Assembly: GCF_964204645.1 (NCBI RefSeq)
Contig: NC_134028.1
Location: 10,850,001-10,914,000, forward strand
Direction of reading: 5' to 3'
Origin: Tubulanus polymorphus
Lineage: Eukaryota > Animalia > Nemertea
DNA: 64,000 bases
Below the pieces are notes generated by a model. That model was not told the origin of the DNA and ran no database searches. It saw only the letters and a list, made by a program, of their open reading frames with translations. Below, one piece after another: positions 36,101-50,009 of this stretch; within the stretch, counting starts at the first letter, position 1; every line of letters starts with the position of its first letter. The translations under genes were made by a program, and so were the position numbers.

Positions 36101-39100
36101 AAGAATTATTTTGTAGTCAAATAAGACCAAAGATAAACAGGTCTACGTCCAAAATTTTGTAGGGTACAGGTTGCGCGGCAGGGAAGCTATTTTATATTTT
36201 CAAAAAATATTTTTCTCAATATGAAAAAATATTCAAATAAATCAACACAATTACCGGGCAATAAAATGAAACAATTCCAATATGGCGATATGTGAAATAG
36301 TTATATTCTCACCAGCAATGAGCATTTAAAATTCGCACATATACGGCACCTAGTCCAATGAAACGCTCGCCATTTATGGCTTTCCCATTATTATTTTGGA
36401 GTAGCCCCGGAATTCCCTGTATATCCCAAAAACAGCCAATCACATTTGCTCGTAGAGACAACGCCCCCCAATCGAGGTTATGGCAACCTTATATGCAAGA
36501 GCTAAGAATTTTCCCGCCAAAAACAGTTTTTGACGATTTTAAACTAAGTTGACCATGTCATTGACGGAGGTTCGTCATGTCTTCAATCGCGTCGATTATA
36601 CGTCGTTTAACCCGAGAATCAATGAAAATAATGCTCATATAAAAAAAATATCGATAAAGACACATACGAGCTGATTAAAAAAGACAGCAGGAAAGAACTA
36701 CCACTTATGCACTGGTATTGTTCAAAAGAATGCAACAAAGTAGCATCTTGAAAGAGAGGTAGAGAAGCTTTCACGAAAGTAACCTAAGTTGACCAGGCAT
36801 TTGTGAACTTGAGTGAATGTAAACTCCCGGAGAAGACGGTAGGAGCAGTAAAAGCAATATCCCAGCAGTTTACTCCGGTAGATCCCGATGATCCTACCGA
36901 TCTCCTACTGCATCAAAGAAATTATCTCTTCTAGACAAAAAGAGCAATTATTAGAGATGGAGGAGACAGCCAGGAGAAAGAACAACCTCATGGTGTTCAG
37001 ACTCCCGCACAACGCCGAATTGGAAAATTTCAAGAAAATGTTGGTGACAAGTGTAGGCCCGCGAGAGTCACATTCTTAACCGAAACAATGAGAGATGACG
37101 CTTGAAGGCGTAACACAATGCCAGAAAAGAAACCAGGGAGAATAAAAAAACAGATGATAATGAGGATTCAAGACTGTGTATGATAGTATCAGTGCAAAAA
37201 GATCTCACACCTCAAAGGCAAGAAGAGGAAGACCTTTTCAAGGCCCTGAAAAACAAGAGGAACCAATCCAAGGAGTCAGGGGACCAATGTGCTGTCTGGA
37301 TTCGTCGCAAAGAAAGAGTTGTGAACATAGGTAAGTACACAACAAGGGGCGAACCAGCAAGGAAGACAGCAAAATAACACATGGTGTAAATAGTTCTACT
37401 TCTTCGGGTGATGTTTCCAGTCATCATGTAAATGTGTTTAGAAACTGCACATGTATATATACAAATGTTGATCCGATGATGAATAAACGAGCAGAATTAC
37501 AAGCATTGATAGACCTAGATCGCCCCAACGTTAGTGGAGTCATAAATATGAAGCAAAAGAAGTGTAGATATAAGATTGAAGACCACGAGCTAACATTGGC
37601 TACGAACAGTTCCATAACCTTGAAAAACTTGGGAGAGGAGTAATCCTGTACGTACTGAGCAAACTGAAACCGCTCCCGTGTGAAGATTTGAAACATGGTG
37701 ATTTCTCTGAGTCGGTCTTCGTCGAATGCCACCTTCAAGATTATGAATGGAAAAAAGGAAAAATGGAAATGCTCGGATTCATCTATAAAAGCCCAAGCAG
37801 TGCTCCAGAGAATAGTGAAAAGCTAAATGACCTTCATAGGAAGGCCACAGAAAGAGATGACTCACATCTCATGATTATGGGAGACCTTAACTATCCCCTG
37901 GTGAACTGGGTAGACAATAAGTGTGAGACTGGACCCAACCACCCAGCTTATTCATTTTTGAAAGTGGTTAAGTACGTATTCATGATACAACACCACACAT
38001 CACCAACACGCTACAGAGTGGGAGAAAGGGCCAACATAGTGGATCTGGTTCTTTCCAACAGAGAGGACATTATCAATGATATTAGCAGTATCAGGACTAG
38101 GCAAGAGCGACCATTTTGTGCTGTTGATAAGTCTGAATAAGTCTGGAAAGCAGCTGTTGACAAGTCAACACGGATGTCAAGGTCATCAGGCAGGAGAGGC
38201 AGAAGTTGGATAAACCTAGATACACTCAAGTCAGTGCGAAGAAAACACCAGCTTTTTAGAAGATGGCTTTGGACAAGGAATGGCCAGGACTACCAAACCT
38301 ATATTACTGCAAGGAATAAAGCAAGGAAGATTAACCGAAAGGCGATGAAGAGACTAGAAGAGAAAATAGCTAACAATGCGAAAAAGCCTAAGGTGTCCAC
38401 CTTGATTGAATCCAGAAGTTTTCATCAAAATCTGTCTATTGATACGATCTCCATCACACACAACTGCATCATGATTCATCATGAATATACATGGTAGTGG
38501 TTTTTCCCCACTGACTCGAATAGGCACTCTCCACGTTCATGGTGTGACGATTTCATTTATTTCATACACTGTGTACGAAATTTGTTGGACAATTTATTTT
38601 CATAAATTGAACAATTTCCAAGATTCACTCCCCTCTTTCCCAATCACTTTTACTGCCCTTCTATAAAATTCACTGCTTTTCATGGCCGGCCGTGACGAAC
38701 CCTCCCAGTTGAGTCATTTGCAGTTTCCAAGAAAACTTTAACTAGGCAATAAGCAACTCACGCTTTTCATATACATACACAGATCAATACACCACATAGC
38801 AGCGAGTATATCTAACGCGCACGTGTGTGAAGCATGAATATACGTAAAAGGGCATGTGTTCTTCCGAAACGAAATGTAGTTCCAACAACAAATAAATAAC
38901 TAAATTGATAAATAAGCAACAGAATCCAATGAAATTCAATAGGGTTAGAGCTCTTATTACTGCATTTAATGTTTTAAAATTTCCGAAGAAAAACTAAGCT
39001 TCGTTTGGAAGTCATTTTGTACCAAAGGAAGAAAGTTTCATAAGCGATAACAAAATGGACTTAAGTCCATAATAAAGGTCCAATGGCCCTGTGGCTCACC

Positions 39101-42100
39101 TTCAAATCAATGAGTGTATATTGTCAAAAATATTTTACTAACTATAAATTAATTTGGATTGCAATCAAATGTAGAATAGATTACCGAATTAAATCCATCA
39201 ACTGACAACGATATGCTGAACAAACTCTTAAACAACAATCTTTTATTCTAAATCTAATCACTTCATTAATTCTTAGCCCCTTATTACACGATTAATACAT
39301 ACAAGATATTATTATACTCGCAATTTCCAGATTTTATCATCCTTGAATTGAATTAAAATACTTGCGCAACGCACGACTTCTCCAAATCTCATCCGTGTTT
39401 GTTTTTAACAGCATGCGTGTGATAACTATGCTGTACTTTCTCTATTGATCGCTTTGCACGGATTTCCCTATGCGATAGCGATATATATAAGGGTATATGT
39501 GTGAAGACTAGCTCCCACCCCTAAATCAGCTGAAAAAACTGACTGTAGATTAGATGAAAAGCTGAGAGCATTCCACTGCCCGCTATTGTCTACAGACTAT
39601 TTTAGTCCATTATCAATTTATCACAATTCTCTACCATACTTGCTACTTTGGATACTGAATTGAATAGCCTACATGGTTATATTCGTTACACCTACGAGCA
39701 ATTATCTCAACAGGAGGAAGCTCGCCCTATATTCCTGTAGACACGATCAGCAACGCTGTCAATCAAACTGCTGCCGCAGGCTAATTGCTCATCGGCTATT
39801 TCTGCTGCTTGTTCGGAGATTCCCGTGAGACGTATCCACGGCAACAAACAATAACGACGATGGCGGCCGTTGATGAACATGTACAAAAAACGTGCGATTT
39901 TGATGGTTTTTTCGATATAGATCCTGAAGATATTGATATCAATGGCCTATTAAATGAACCAGAGGATTTTTACTGTATTTGTGGAATTGATTCAACCAAT
40001 GATATGGTTTGCTGCGCCCGAGAAAGATGTATTTTAATGTGGTGCCATCGGAGTTGTATCGGGTAGAAACCAGATGAGGATGATGATAACTGGACTTGTC
40101 TGTCATGTTTATCTGGTAAGTATTTATATATTATTAAATAAGAATATGGCTTGAAAGCTCAAAGCAGGGACACAGCCATGGGATAGGATCTCAAGTCCTA
40201 AATTTGATTTGAATTCAATTCTAATGTAGCCTATTCAACTTTCCGATCTTAGGGAGAGATGTATTGAAAGAGCGCAAAGCCAATATTGCCAAAATTCAAA
40301 ATCAAGCAGCCCAGAAAAAAGCCAAACTTTGCAAACATCAACAAATAAAAGCGATCAGTGGTAATTTTTAATAATAGCAACTTATTTTATCATAGTTTAT
40401 ACACATAAAATAAATCACTTTATAATGTTCATTCTTGCAATAATGGTAATTTTTATAATAATATATTCCAATTTGATTAGGCCTATACAATTCATTTAAT
40501 CATACACATAAACGCAACTGATTATCACTTAATCTTAATTAATATTTTTTCTTACAGATAAACTAAAATGTTCCGAGCAGGATATAACGATGAATGTGGT
40601 GCAGGTCACCATCAACGCATTCGAAGAAATGACAAAAAACCAAATAGTAATCTCGAACACGGCATTGAAATCAGAAGTTGATCAGTTGCTATCCACAATC
40701 AAAACATCAAATTTAGGGACAGAAGCAACATTCTTTATCGACGATATTATTGAAAGACTATGGAATTGTATAGTTGCCGGCGGTTCGTGTCTTCATTTCT
40801 CTGAGCGCTATAATGCTATTTACACTTATGCTAGATCCGCGGAAATAAAGCAGTTGAAGTGTCTCTTACACATTCCAGAGTCAAAAACGGATCCGTTCTT
40901 GTCCCAGATATTCCTCCGAACAGCTTTCCGTGTCGTTCTGAATAAGAGACAAATGGATAATGATTCGAATGATGCCATGGATTCAGAAAAATGTATTTTA
41001 AATACTGCAGAAATACAGATATCACATTATACAGCAGGGTACATTTGTTTTAAATTACTAAAACATTACTCTAAGTCCAAAAAACCTGGTCCTACTCTTA
41101 TTGTTCAGATACTGAGATCATGAAAAATATCTCCAGGTGCCAGTAACTCTTCAAACCTTCTTGAGTATGCACAAAAGTGGACCGATATGATAAATAGAGG
41201 GGGCCTGTATCAGATCAGAAATGAAGGTGTAGTTAAGTTGTTTCAGTATCTTGAAGAAATTATAAAGCCAGTACTAAAGAAAAAGAATATTATTGTGCTT
41301 TCTGGTATCAATCTGAAAATCTGAAAAGCAAACTCAGTAGCCTTATCCACGATACATTGTCGAATCGAGTCAGTAAGGAGGTAAATACCGCGCGAACAAC
41401 ATTTTGAACACTTAACTGGCTCAACCCCCATCTGCGTACCGTTATATTGATTGCCTTAGCACATTTTTATTTTTTTGTCCGCGTCATCGTTCAAGTTTTC
41501 TGAGGCAGACTGTACATAAAAAGGGAGGATGTAAATTTGAGTCAAATTAAAGTCGACTTCTGAAGCGTCATTGATTAATTTATGTTGAAGATTTTTATCG
41601 ATCGGACGTCCTTTCTGTATCAAAACGCGTTCTTCACAACACAAACGGCAAAATGCTTCAGCACAGGAATGTCGATCTACAAGAACAAAATGCGTAGGGC
41701 AACTTTTAAGTTTTTGATTTTCCAGTAATGGCCAAATTGTAAGATTTGACCTTTTAATTGAATCAGACTCTGGACTGAAGTCTATAAAACTGCTACATGT
41801 AGTTTCAAAATGAGGGCTACATCTTTCTACTTACCCATTTAAGAACAAGTATGTGCTCGTAAAATAAAGCTATTTGAACAACTGAATGGATTTCGTAGTA
41901 ATAGATCACTGAAAATAAGTGCTTTTTATTAGGCCTAAAGACTGCTAGGAAACTATGTAAACCGCAGAAAACAGTCATATGTGTCAATCCCTATTTCGAT
42001 AGAGATCAGAAATATACTATTTTTGCAAAATTGTAAGAGCACTTTTCTCTAATTCCGCATTGTTCCGCACACATCAGAAGGTAACCCCAGTATTCATCGA

Positions 42101-45100
42101 AAGCTTATCTATTCAAAACAGGATATTTCATATACAGGAACCGTCAGCAACGTATAAAATATGTCATTTATAATGCATATTCATCGCGGAACTTACCTAA
42201 AATTTCATAGATGCGTACAATATCGTAGAAACTCTATTCTTCAACCGATTTCAAAAATTTTTTCATCGAGGAGTAGCTCTCATGGGCGCAGCCATTGTGG
42301 TGATAAATGCGCATGTGTGAGTTGTATACGTCATCTAAAAATACCTAAATGGATTGCTTTTAGTAGCAACGCGCGGCACTGCTATCCAGCTAGGTCGAAT
42401 GCCACACACCCGTAAATAAGTGATTGACAGCGTTACTGATCCAACCAGTGTGTAATACACTGATATAGGACGAGCTTCCTCCTGTTGAGATAATTGCTCG
42501 TAGGTTACACCAAACAAATTATAAGTGAACATACGATACCTAGTCGAATGAAATGCTCGCCATTTTGTTTTGGGTTCCACATTGGGTTTTCCCTATGGGC
42601 TTTCCCACTTACATCAGAAGTTCCCGGAATTTCCTGTATATCCAACAAACAGCATTCTATGTAGCTCAGGTAACAAGGTCAACTCAAATTTAGGGGGTTT
42701 AGGTAGAAAAGTATATTGAGAGGAGTCACAGAAAAACGGCAACACTTCCAGGAAGGATTGAACTTTTATATATTTCAATTCCAAGTACGCAAATTTTCAT
42801 ATGTGAAAACGTTCCATTAATTAGTGCTAAAAAGCTGGATTTTTACGTGTTTTTCAAGAATAAGTCCCCTAAAAATAACTTGATCACTATGAAATTTTTG
42901 TGGGCTCGAGAACTCATTAAGCCAAACTATGACACCAAAAATCAAAACTATTGGTTCAACAGCCAATGTTTGTGCCTTGTTGACACACCGGTACTCTATT
43001 CATTTTCAATGAAAACTGCTTCACCAGGCCGTTTGCATAGGCTAACCTACGGTTCGCCAAAAACCAGGAATGTACATTTTTTTAATGTAAATATCCAGTC
43101 ACGGTTCATTTCAATATGATTAATTTGTTATGAAAACGATAATATCGTTTTCACTACATATATACATATACATATATACACAACTATATATAACATCATG
43201 TTATATTCTTTTTACTGTATTACCCTTATATAATAAGTTGTAAATTGATAATTATAAAACAAGTTGCTTTTGTTTTCTCGAGGGGATTCAGACATTCTGA
43301 CATTGAATCCTGAAATATTGATACTAAATACTGAACCATTGACGCTTGTCGACGCTAATTAGTAGGCCCATGACCGGTAGGCTTATGCAATGCAGAGAAA
43401 TGGCGGAATTTGTAGAAATTAATCAATTTCTCAGAAAAATGGTGATTAATCGTTCAAAACATACCTAAAATTGGATTATTTCGAAAGGTACCTGTCTTAG
43501 TAGGAATATGAACCGATGTCCGCCATATTGGATTTATATTCTGCCGGCTGTTTACCCAGATTTGTATGTAAATAAAGGTCACTAATCATAGAATATAATC
43601 TTAACTTACGGTCTAAATGTGCATAAATCGTTTGCATTCCTTTTATTAAGATTTATAGTCCGTTAAACACAAGGTAATTTCCACATCGATCGGACACATT
43701 GTCGGCCATTTTGTTTGTTAACGTTTTTAATCGACGGCAATTCTATTGGTTCTGGGATGTTAAGAAAGGGATTCTGGGTAAATATTTTGATATGCAAAGG
43801 CTAAAGATGACGTGTCAGCTAATCTAGGCTGTTTTTTTTACGAATCGTCAAAAATCAATGCAAGAAATAGGTCATCAACGAACAGTGAGTACATTTTGCA
43901 CTACTATTTCCGGAATTAAGATGAAAAATTGAATGAAATCAATATTTCCTCGCTAAAACTTCACAAAAATATTGATCTTTGTAATGTTTTTTAGTCATAA
44001 AATGAAACAAATTGAAGTTTCAATGTCGCGCATTTTTCCCCGAAGCCAATATTGACCGGCCAGTCGGTGCCACGCGATCAATATAATGGGCGCATCAAAT
44101 GTAAACATGAATTTTGACATTTCCAGGAATATTCACACAGATATAACTCAAAGAGCCTCCAAATTACACATTCTGAATCTAGCAAGTGCACACTTTTATT
44201 TCACATACATATTATATTCAAACATACACAATTTTGCAGACAATTATGAAATTTATATCATATCACAAGAAAGTGAAATTACGAGGAAATTAGGCATTAA
44301 TACAAATCATGTTGTGACCAAATTAATCAGGCCTAAGTGTTTCTACGATTGATAAAATTGACTTTAAGTCAATTTTATACAAGCCCTTCAAGCAAACCAA
44401 AAAGAAAAATACTATGAGCAGTGCCAAATAAATTGCCCATGGGCAAAGTGTGGTTTACCTTGAAAGCTTGAGGTTGTTTGGAGTAAGTGCATTGCTTGAA
44501 AAATCTTTTTAATTCGCGACTTCAAAGTTCTAGAAGTTTAAATTGTATTTTATCTTTCTTAAAGAATTATTTTGTAGTCGACAAATAAGACCAAATATAA
44601 ACATTTGTTTATGGTCTACGTCCAAAATTTCGTAGGGTACAGGTAGGCGCGGCATTGGAAACTATTTTATATTTTCAAAAAAATATTTTTCACAATATGA
44701 AAAAATATTCAAATAAAATTCATATGATGTCACATATCAGAGGGTGGCTGAAGATTGAGTCTTGGAAATAAAACCTCTTCCAATGTATGGCCGCGGAAGC
44801 TAACCGGGGCATAGTATTAGATCGTTTTAAATCCTGGAATTTACCACTACAATATTCCTCGACCTATACCTATAGTTTGCTGCTTAGTATTTTCAGGTCA
44901 CAAAAAATTACAATTTATTACAAATTCTATCAAACAGAAAACTCAATGCTCATCTGCTACGAGGATTATTCAGCCTGTTATCATACCAAACGTGCACGCG
45001 CCAAGCAGCGTTACAGCATCACCATATAGTAGTCTAGTATGAGCGTGTGTTAGTGTGTGCAACAGTCTGATGTTAGCGCTCCAGCGCACGTGGAGGCCTT

Positions 45101-47798
45101 GTGTAGTGAACGTTTGCTTCACTTCAATCTCAATCAACACAATCACCGGGTATTAAAATGAAACAATACCTATGGCGATATGTGAAATAATTATATTCTC
45201 ACCAGCAATGAGCATTTAAAATTCGCACATATACGGCACCTAGTCCAATGCAACGTCCACCATTAATGGCTTTCCCATTATTATTTTAGTTGCGCCGCAA
45301 TTCCCCGTATATCCCAAAAACAGCCAATCACATTCGCTCGTAGAGACAACGCCCCCCAATCGAAGTCATTGCAATTTTATACGCAAGAGCTAAGAATTTT
45401 CCCGCCAAAAACAGTTTTTCGTCGAATTTAAACAAAGTTGACCATGTCATCGATGAAGGTTCATCATGTCTTCAATCGCATCGATTATACATCGTTTAAC
45501 CCGAGAACCAACGAAAAAAATGCTCACATAAAAAAACGTACCGCGATTTTAGATGAATTGGCCCAATGCCAACCTCATACTGCTGACAAAGGTAAACCAA
45601 TAAAAAACGAAGAGGATAAAAATATTAATGAATGATCTTTTATCTTTTTTTCAGTGATATGGATACCGGCCGTGCTTTGAAGATTCACGATGTTGTCAAA
45701 TATAAAGACACTACACTACTATTCATTCAATCAAGTTTGAATGCACAGGAGAAACTAACTGAATCAGTAAAGAAACTCACTACTTGTGCAAGCAAAAACA
45801 AGTCTCTAACATACAGATGACAGTCAACTAAGTCAACCCTAAAAAGAACAGCCGCACGGGAACAATACTATTGTTGCAAATAAACAAAGAAAGCGAATGA
45901 AACAACTGTACCAATCATACAAAACGAAATCCTCGATAATACTATATCAGAAAATGAAAAACTGAAAGACGATTTACAGCTCGTGGCAACTAGAAACTAA
46001 AAGATCAAATCAATGAATTCAATGGAGACGGTGAAAACAGTGAAATAACTTTTAACTTTACAGAGATGAGATTGCCGATCAATCTAATTCAATGAAATTT
46101 ATTGCTCACCGAGATGACGTATTTGAAGTCAATATGTTGCTTTTGGATACACAAAATTTATATTGAAATGCATTTTGTGCATTATTATGCATATGAAATT
46201 AGTTTTGGGGTGAAATATTTTAGTATTTATGACATTAAGTTACCGAGATCACATTGCGATCAATTCAATATATTTCTTTGATTTCACCGAGATCAAAAGT
46301 TTATTTCACTTCAGATTTCCGTTAAAAAATAAAATGTCTTTCATTTTTCATGATATTCGGTACAAATTACTTTGGAGAGTGCATTTACATTGTATTTTTC
46401 TCAATAAATTTCAATTTTTTACAATAAATTTCAATGAATTCTGATCTCAGCTTAAAGTTATTTTTCTACAAAATATGAATCTAGAAGGTATTTATTACTG
46501 ATATAACATGATTTCAAGTGTTAAAAGGGTTCAGAAATTGGCAAAAATGCTATATTTCATGTCATCTCGGTAAATTGTGTCATCTCGGTAATTAGGAGCA
46601 CCCTTCACTGGGACGCTGCATTGCCAAAAAAATCACAGGGACTTGTCACAATTTGATGGAGGATGGATGTCGCGTTATTTTAGTTTTGTCGTAATGTCGC
46701 CCTCATTTGCATATTCGTGTTTTTTACGCATGGCCCTTATCAGCCACCATAGTAATGGCTTTCGACTATCGTCATCGGCACTTCAATGTAGTCTTACAGC
46801 TTTAGTAGGGATTCACCCTGGGAACGAACCTGAAATCGTTGACTGCTGGATGTAAATACAAATAAACGTGCGTTTGTTTGTCCTGCTGGGCCGCTTACAG
46901 CGAATTCAATTAAATGTTAGAGCGCTATCAATAACTTTAATTTTGCTCTTAAGGCGTTACCGTCGTCAAATATGCTGTCATTTATATGCTTTTATCACTA
47001 ATTATAGCCTACATTGTTTTTTTTACAATTATTTGAAAAAAATCAATGAAATGAAAAAAGATTATAATTAACACAGAATTTAGCCTTTCAGCAATTCAGT
47101 GATTCAGCGATGTTAGAACATCCGCCAGTAACCTGTCTGTGATAAGGAACCATTCTGAAAAACTGAGCAATGGGTCTGTACCCCTCCAAGAACCATTCTG
47201 AAACGCCGGTATGGACCGGCAACATGGTCAGAACATATCACTAAGTCCAATCATACTAATTTTGATCCAAAGATTGTGTATGAATGTCATAACCAATGTT
47301 TTGAACAACTCAGTGTGAGAGAACTGTGTCATGCACTGTTATGATGCTGTGCTGTGTAGGCTATCCTAAGTCAGTCAGGTCAGTAAATTACTAGATGTAT
47401 AGTACGGTACTTCACTGTTAGATGGCAAACACATCTTTTTAAACCGAATTTTAGCCCGGGCTTAAAATGAACATTGTGACTCCCAATCTGTTTGAAACAT
47501 GTAACTTGACGATGGGAACAACTGGCATTAAGCACACACAAGGTCAACACAGTCAGGAACACTTTCCAAAAACGGCTTATTCTGCCAATTTGGCATTTGG
47601 GGAACAACGGCTAGGTACTAGACTAGCCCCTGACATGTGTCGTGAAAAAAATACACAAACCTTTTGCGCTTTCGACCATACCAAATTCACCTTACTCATT
47701 CTAAATGGTCTAATAGTATCAGCAGAGTACTGCATTCCAGACGCGATGATTCTGTTCAGGAATAGGACACACATGATAAAACACAATAAGCGAAGCAT
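27149..47798 (-). CDS. LRPAP1: Alpha-2-macroglobulin receptor-associated protein (RAP), 339 aa; exons 47798-47661, 31713-31572, 31482-31306, 31046-30951, 28868-28624, 28377-28219, 27211-27149
   Basis: Signal peptide, PFRMSKVNLVWSKAQK, LYSDLKLQD, DPSLAKLWNKAKRSGF, EFVQHQEKIKEY, FNEPRVFDLW, EELKHFEHKIKKH and C-terminal HTEL. All introns are GT-AG and the exons total 1020 nt in frame. Confidence 0.93.
32176..32380. repeat. Dispersed repeat; inverted copy at ~56633-56823 (adjacent 56361-56482 matches 43388-43495 inverted)
   Basis: Shared blocks such as AAGAAATCAACACTTATTCACATTTTTCT and TTGGATTATTTCG.AAGGTACCTGT. Confidence 0.75.
33073..35992. mobile_element. Non-autonomous DNA transposon with ~375-bp TIRs and 4-bp ATTT TSD (Sola-like, tentative)
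   Basis: TIRs 33073-33449 and 35616-35992; ATTT on both sides; empty site in the paralog at ~44470-44486. Confidence 0.85.
34121..34380. mobile_element. Palindromic Penelope-like pLTR remnant with degenerate hammerhead ribozyme cores
   Basis: Inverted arms 34121-34210 and 34253-34339; minus strand reads CTGCTGA-TGGCTGTTAGTCAACAGTC-GAAACGTTG; AATAAA follows on the right arm. Confidence 0.65.
36660..38390 (+). mobile_element. Degenerate CR1-group LINE fragment (ORF1 and APE endonuclease; RT missing)
   Basis: ARRKNNLMVF and KDLTP in ORF1 pieces; CIYTNVD, GFIYKSPS, IMGDLNYP.VNW, PTRYR...VDLVLSN and WINLDTL in APE pieces. Confidence 0.75.
38941..39062. repeat. Dispersed repeat; inverted copy at ~57995-58113
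   Basis: AGGGTTAGAG...AAACTAAGCTTC...TTTTGTACCAA...CAAAATGGACTT on both. Confidence 0.7.
39692..42503. mobile_element. TIR element with 7-bp TSD GTTACAC (P/Galileo-like) carrying a PHD-finger gene
   Basis: ~80-bp imperfect TIRs starting CTACGAGCAATTATCTCAACAGGAGGAAGCTCG; GTTACAC at 39685-39691 and 42504-42510. Confidence 0.8.
39860..41320 (+). pseudogene. Spliced PHD-finger protein with YxAGY and NRGGL motifs
   Basis: YCICG...MVCC...C..MWCHRSC...WTCLSC; HYTAGYI; KWTDMINRGGLY in frame after the TGA at 41121-41123. Confidence 0.6.
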
Positions 47799-50009
47799 TG
47801 TACCCAAATTGCGTACCGGTTGTTGAGCTCAGACCACTATTCCAAAATCTTCTATATCCTATAGCAAAAACAAGAAATTCGAGAGTTTAGTTCATATATA
47901 AGCGCGTAAATTTGGGGGAAATCCTGCTTTTGGCTCATAGGCCAGCATCTTAGCTACGCATTGAAGTGGTTTTCGCCCAGGGGGCCTACATTGAGAGAAT
48001 GTTTGAAGAAAGAAAGGTCCTTTAGAAATAGGTGATACAAAATTCTCTGAGACACACAATTTTCAGAACAAAGTTGCTATATTTACGGCGTCGTAGCCGT
48101 ATAGCAGTAGTAAATTCTATATTTACGACGGTTTTATATTGACATTGGGATTATGGTCTAGAGAGGAGAGGATTAGTGTCAAGAGGGTGAGAAGAGGGTC
48201 CAGAGGGTTAGGGTTAGGGTCCGTTTTACCCCCTAGGGATAGGATTAGGGTAAGGTGAGGCTATATTTAGTTAAAACATTCGAGTGGTTTTCAGCGAGCT
48301 CGGTGGTCTAGTGCCAGTGGTATGATGCTGCGCTAGTAATTTACTGGCCCAGGTTAGGTATATTCATGTCCGCGCGGGGCACCACTATCGATTGTGACGA
48401 CCATTATTGATTAGGAAAAGTGTGATGCGCGTTTTTACTACGCGTTTTGACATCGCGTAGTAAAATCATTCATAAAACCTGTCTATCAATGCAAATGAGC
48501 TAAAATCTTTTGGAATCAACCAATAAGATCGATCTTTATCACTTGGGGGTTGGTTTAGTGTATAAATCCGCATTTTAGACGAAGAAAATAGAAATCGAAA
48601 TATACCCTTTTTCAAGAGCAAAATTCGTCAGCTTAGGACCCGGAATAAGCGACGAATCATCAGGAATCGGAAGGTTTAGGATCTTAAAATTCAAATACTG
48701 AAGACCGCATGATTTTATTTCGTGTCAGGGCTGAGCGATCGCTGCCGGAAAATTCAATGTCTAAGTTTTGCGTTGAAGCGAGCGATACAAAATGGTGGCC
48801 GGCACTTGTTATTGAATGACGACGCGCCGCGCTGCTCGTGATGAGATCAATATTCAACAATTATTCATCGGTCTAGCGGTGAATTATTGTATTTATTTTC
48901 CGATTCATACTTACTCATCACTATATTTCTGAATATTAGGACAGATTTAGCGAAATGATCGGCAAAAAAAATTTTTTTGGGGCGCGGATCGCCACTACGC
49001 TCCCGTCGGTAAAGCGGCTGTTGAAAGAGGGAGGCGTCTAACGGGATGAATTGAGGCTTGTGACGGGCAAAAATAGAGGCGCGTGATGGGACAGTGAGGC
49101 TCCCGAGGGGATTTTCCAAAAGCAGCAAAATTGAAATATATATAAAATATTGTTGAAATTTAGCTCAAAACAAAACAAATGGATTATTATTTAGTTATTA
49201 TTAGTAGTATTATTACTTTTGCCTGGTTTATGTTTCTAAACTGATTGATTTTATTATGATATCATGAATATATTTCAAATTTCAGCGTTTTGAGCTAGGC
49301 CAAGCCTAATTTTCTGCTTTTCTTAACTAAAATCCATTTAGCAAATCATATATAAAATTGGTATATTTAAATCAATTTGCAATAGGAGCCTATGGCTATA
49401 GACCTAACTGACAGGCCTTGATAATCATGTTCATTCATTTCAAAAATTATGTAGTGAAAAAAATAATTTCTTCTGAAATCATATCAATATTTCACATTTT
49501 TTCTTGCCGTTACCATGGAAATCTAATAATGATAATCTATATAATAATAGATATTCCTAGATAAACTTGGGCAAACATGAACTATTGATAACTAGTTATT
49601 CTATCCCCTTTCTACATCATAACTTTTGATCTAACATCGATATTTTCATTATTTTACCATTTTTCGGCTGGTTTCCATGGAAACCATAGGCATTTGGAAT
49701 CAGATAAAAATTTTGGGTCTTTCAACTGTCACCTGAAAGTGCTATGAGTGTATTGCTCTTTAAATTTCTAGTCTATCTCTTTTAGTTTAAGAGATATTGA
49801 AGTTTGTTTACAATTCAATTCAAATTCAATTCAAAATATCTTTATTATTCCGTAATGCTTTACATTATTGGTTTTGCACAATAAAGATGAGAAAAAAAAA
49901 GAAGAAGAAAAACAGTATAAAATATGAGAAATTCCTTAACAGTATTTACATTTTGTACATGATAGGAAATTATATACATATCTGGAATAGTTAGGTATTG
50001 TTTCTTTAT

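Larger units (their letters stand above)
33020..36645. repeat. Interspersed repeat (33020-33072 plus 35993-36645) paralogous to 44428-45535
   Basis: Collinear matches: ATAAATTGCCCATGGGCAAAGTGTGG...; CACCAGCAATGAGCATTTAAAATTCGCACATATACGGCACCTAGTCCAATG. Confidence 0.85.

Noticed and set aside
48204-48260. TTAGGG telomere-like repeats
   Set aside because: Only two perfect units in a degenerate tract; not a telomere.
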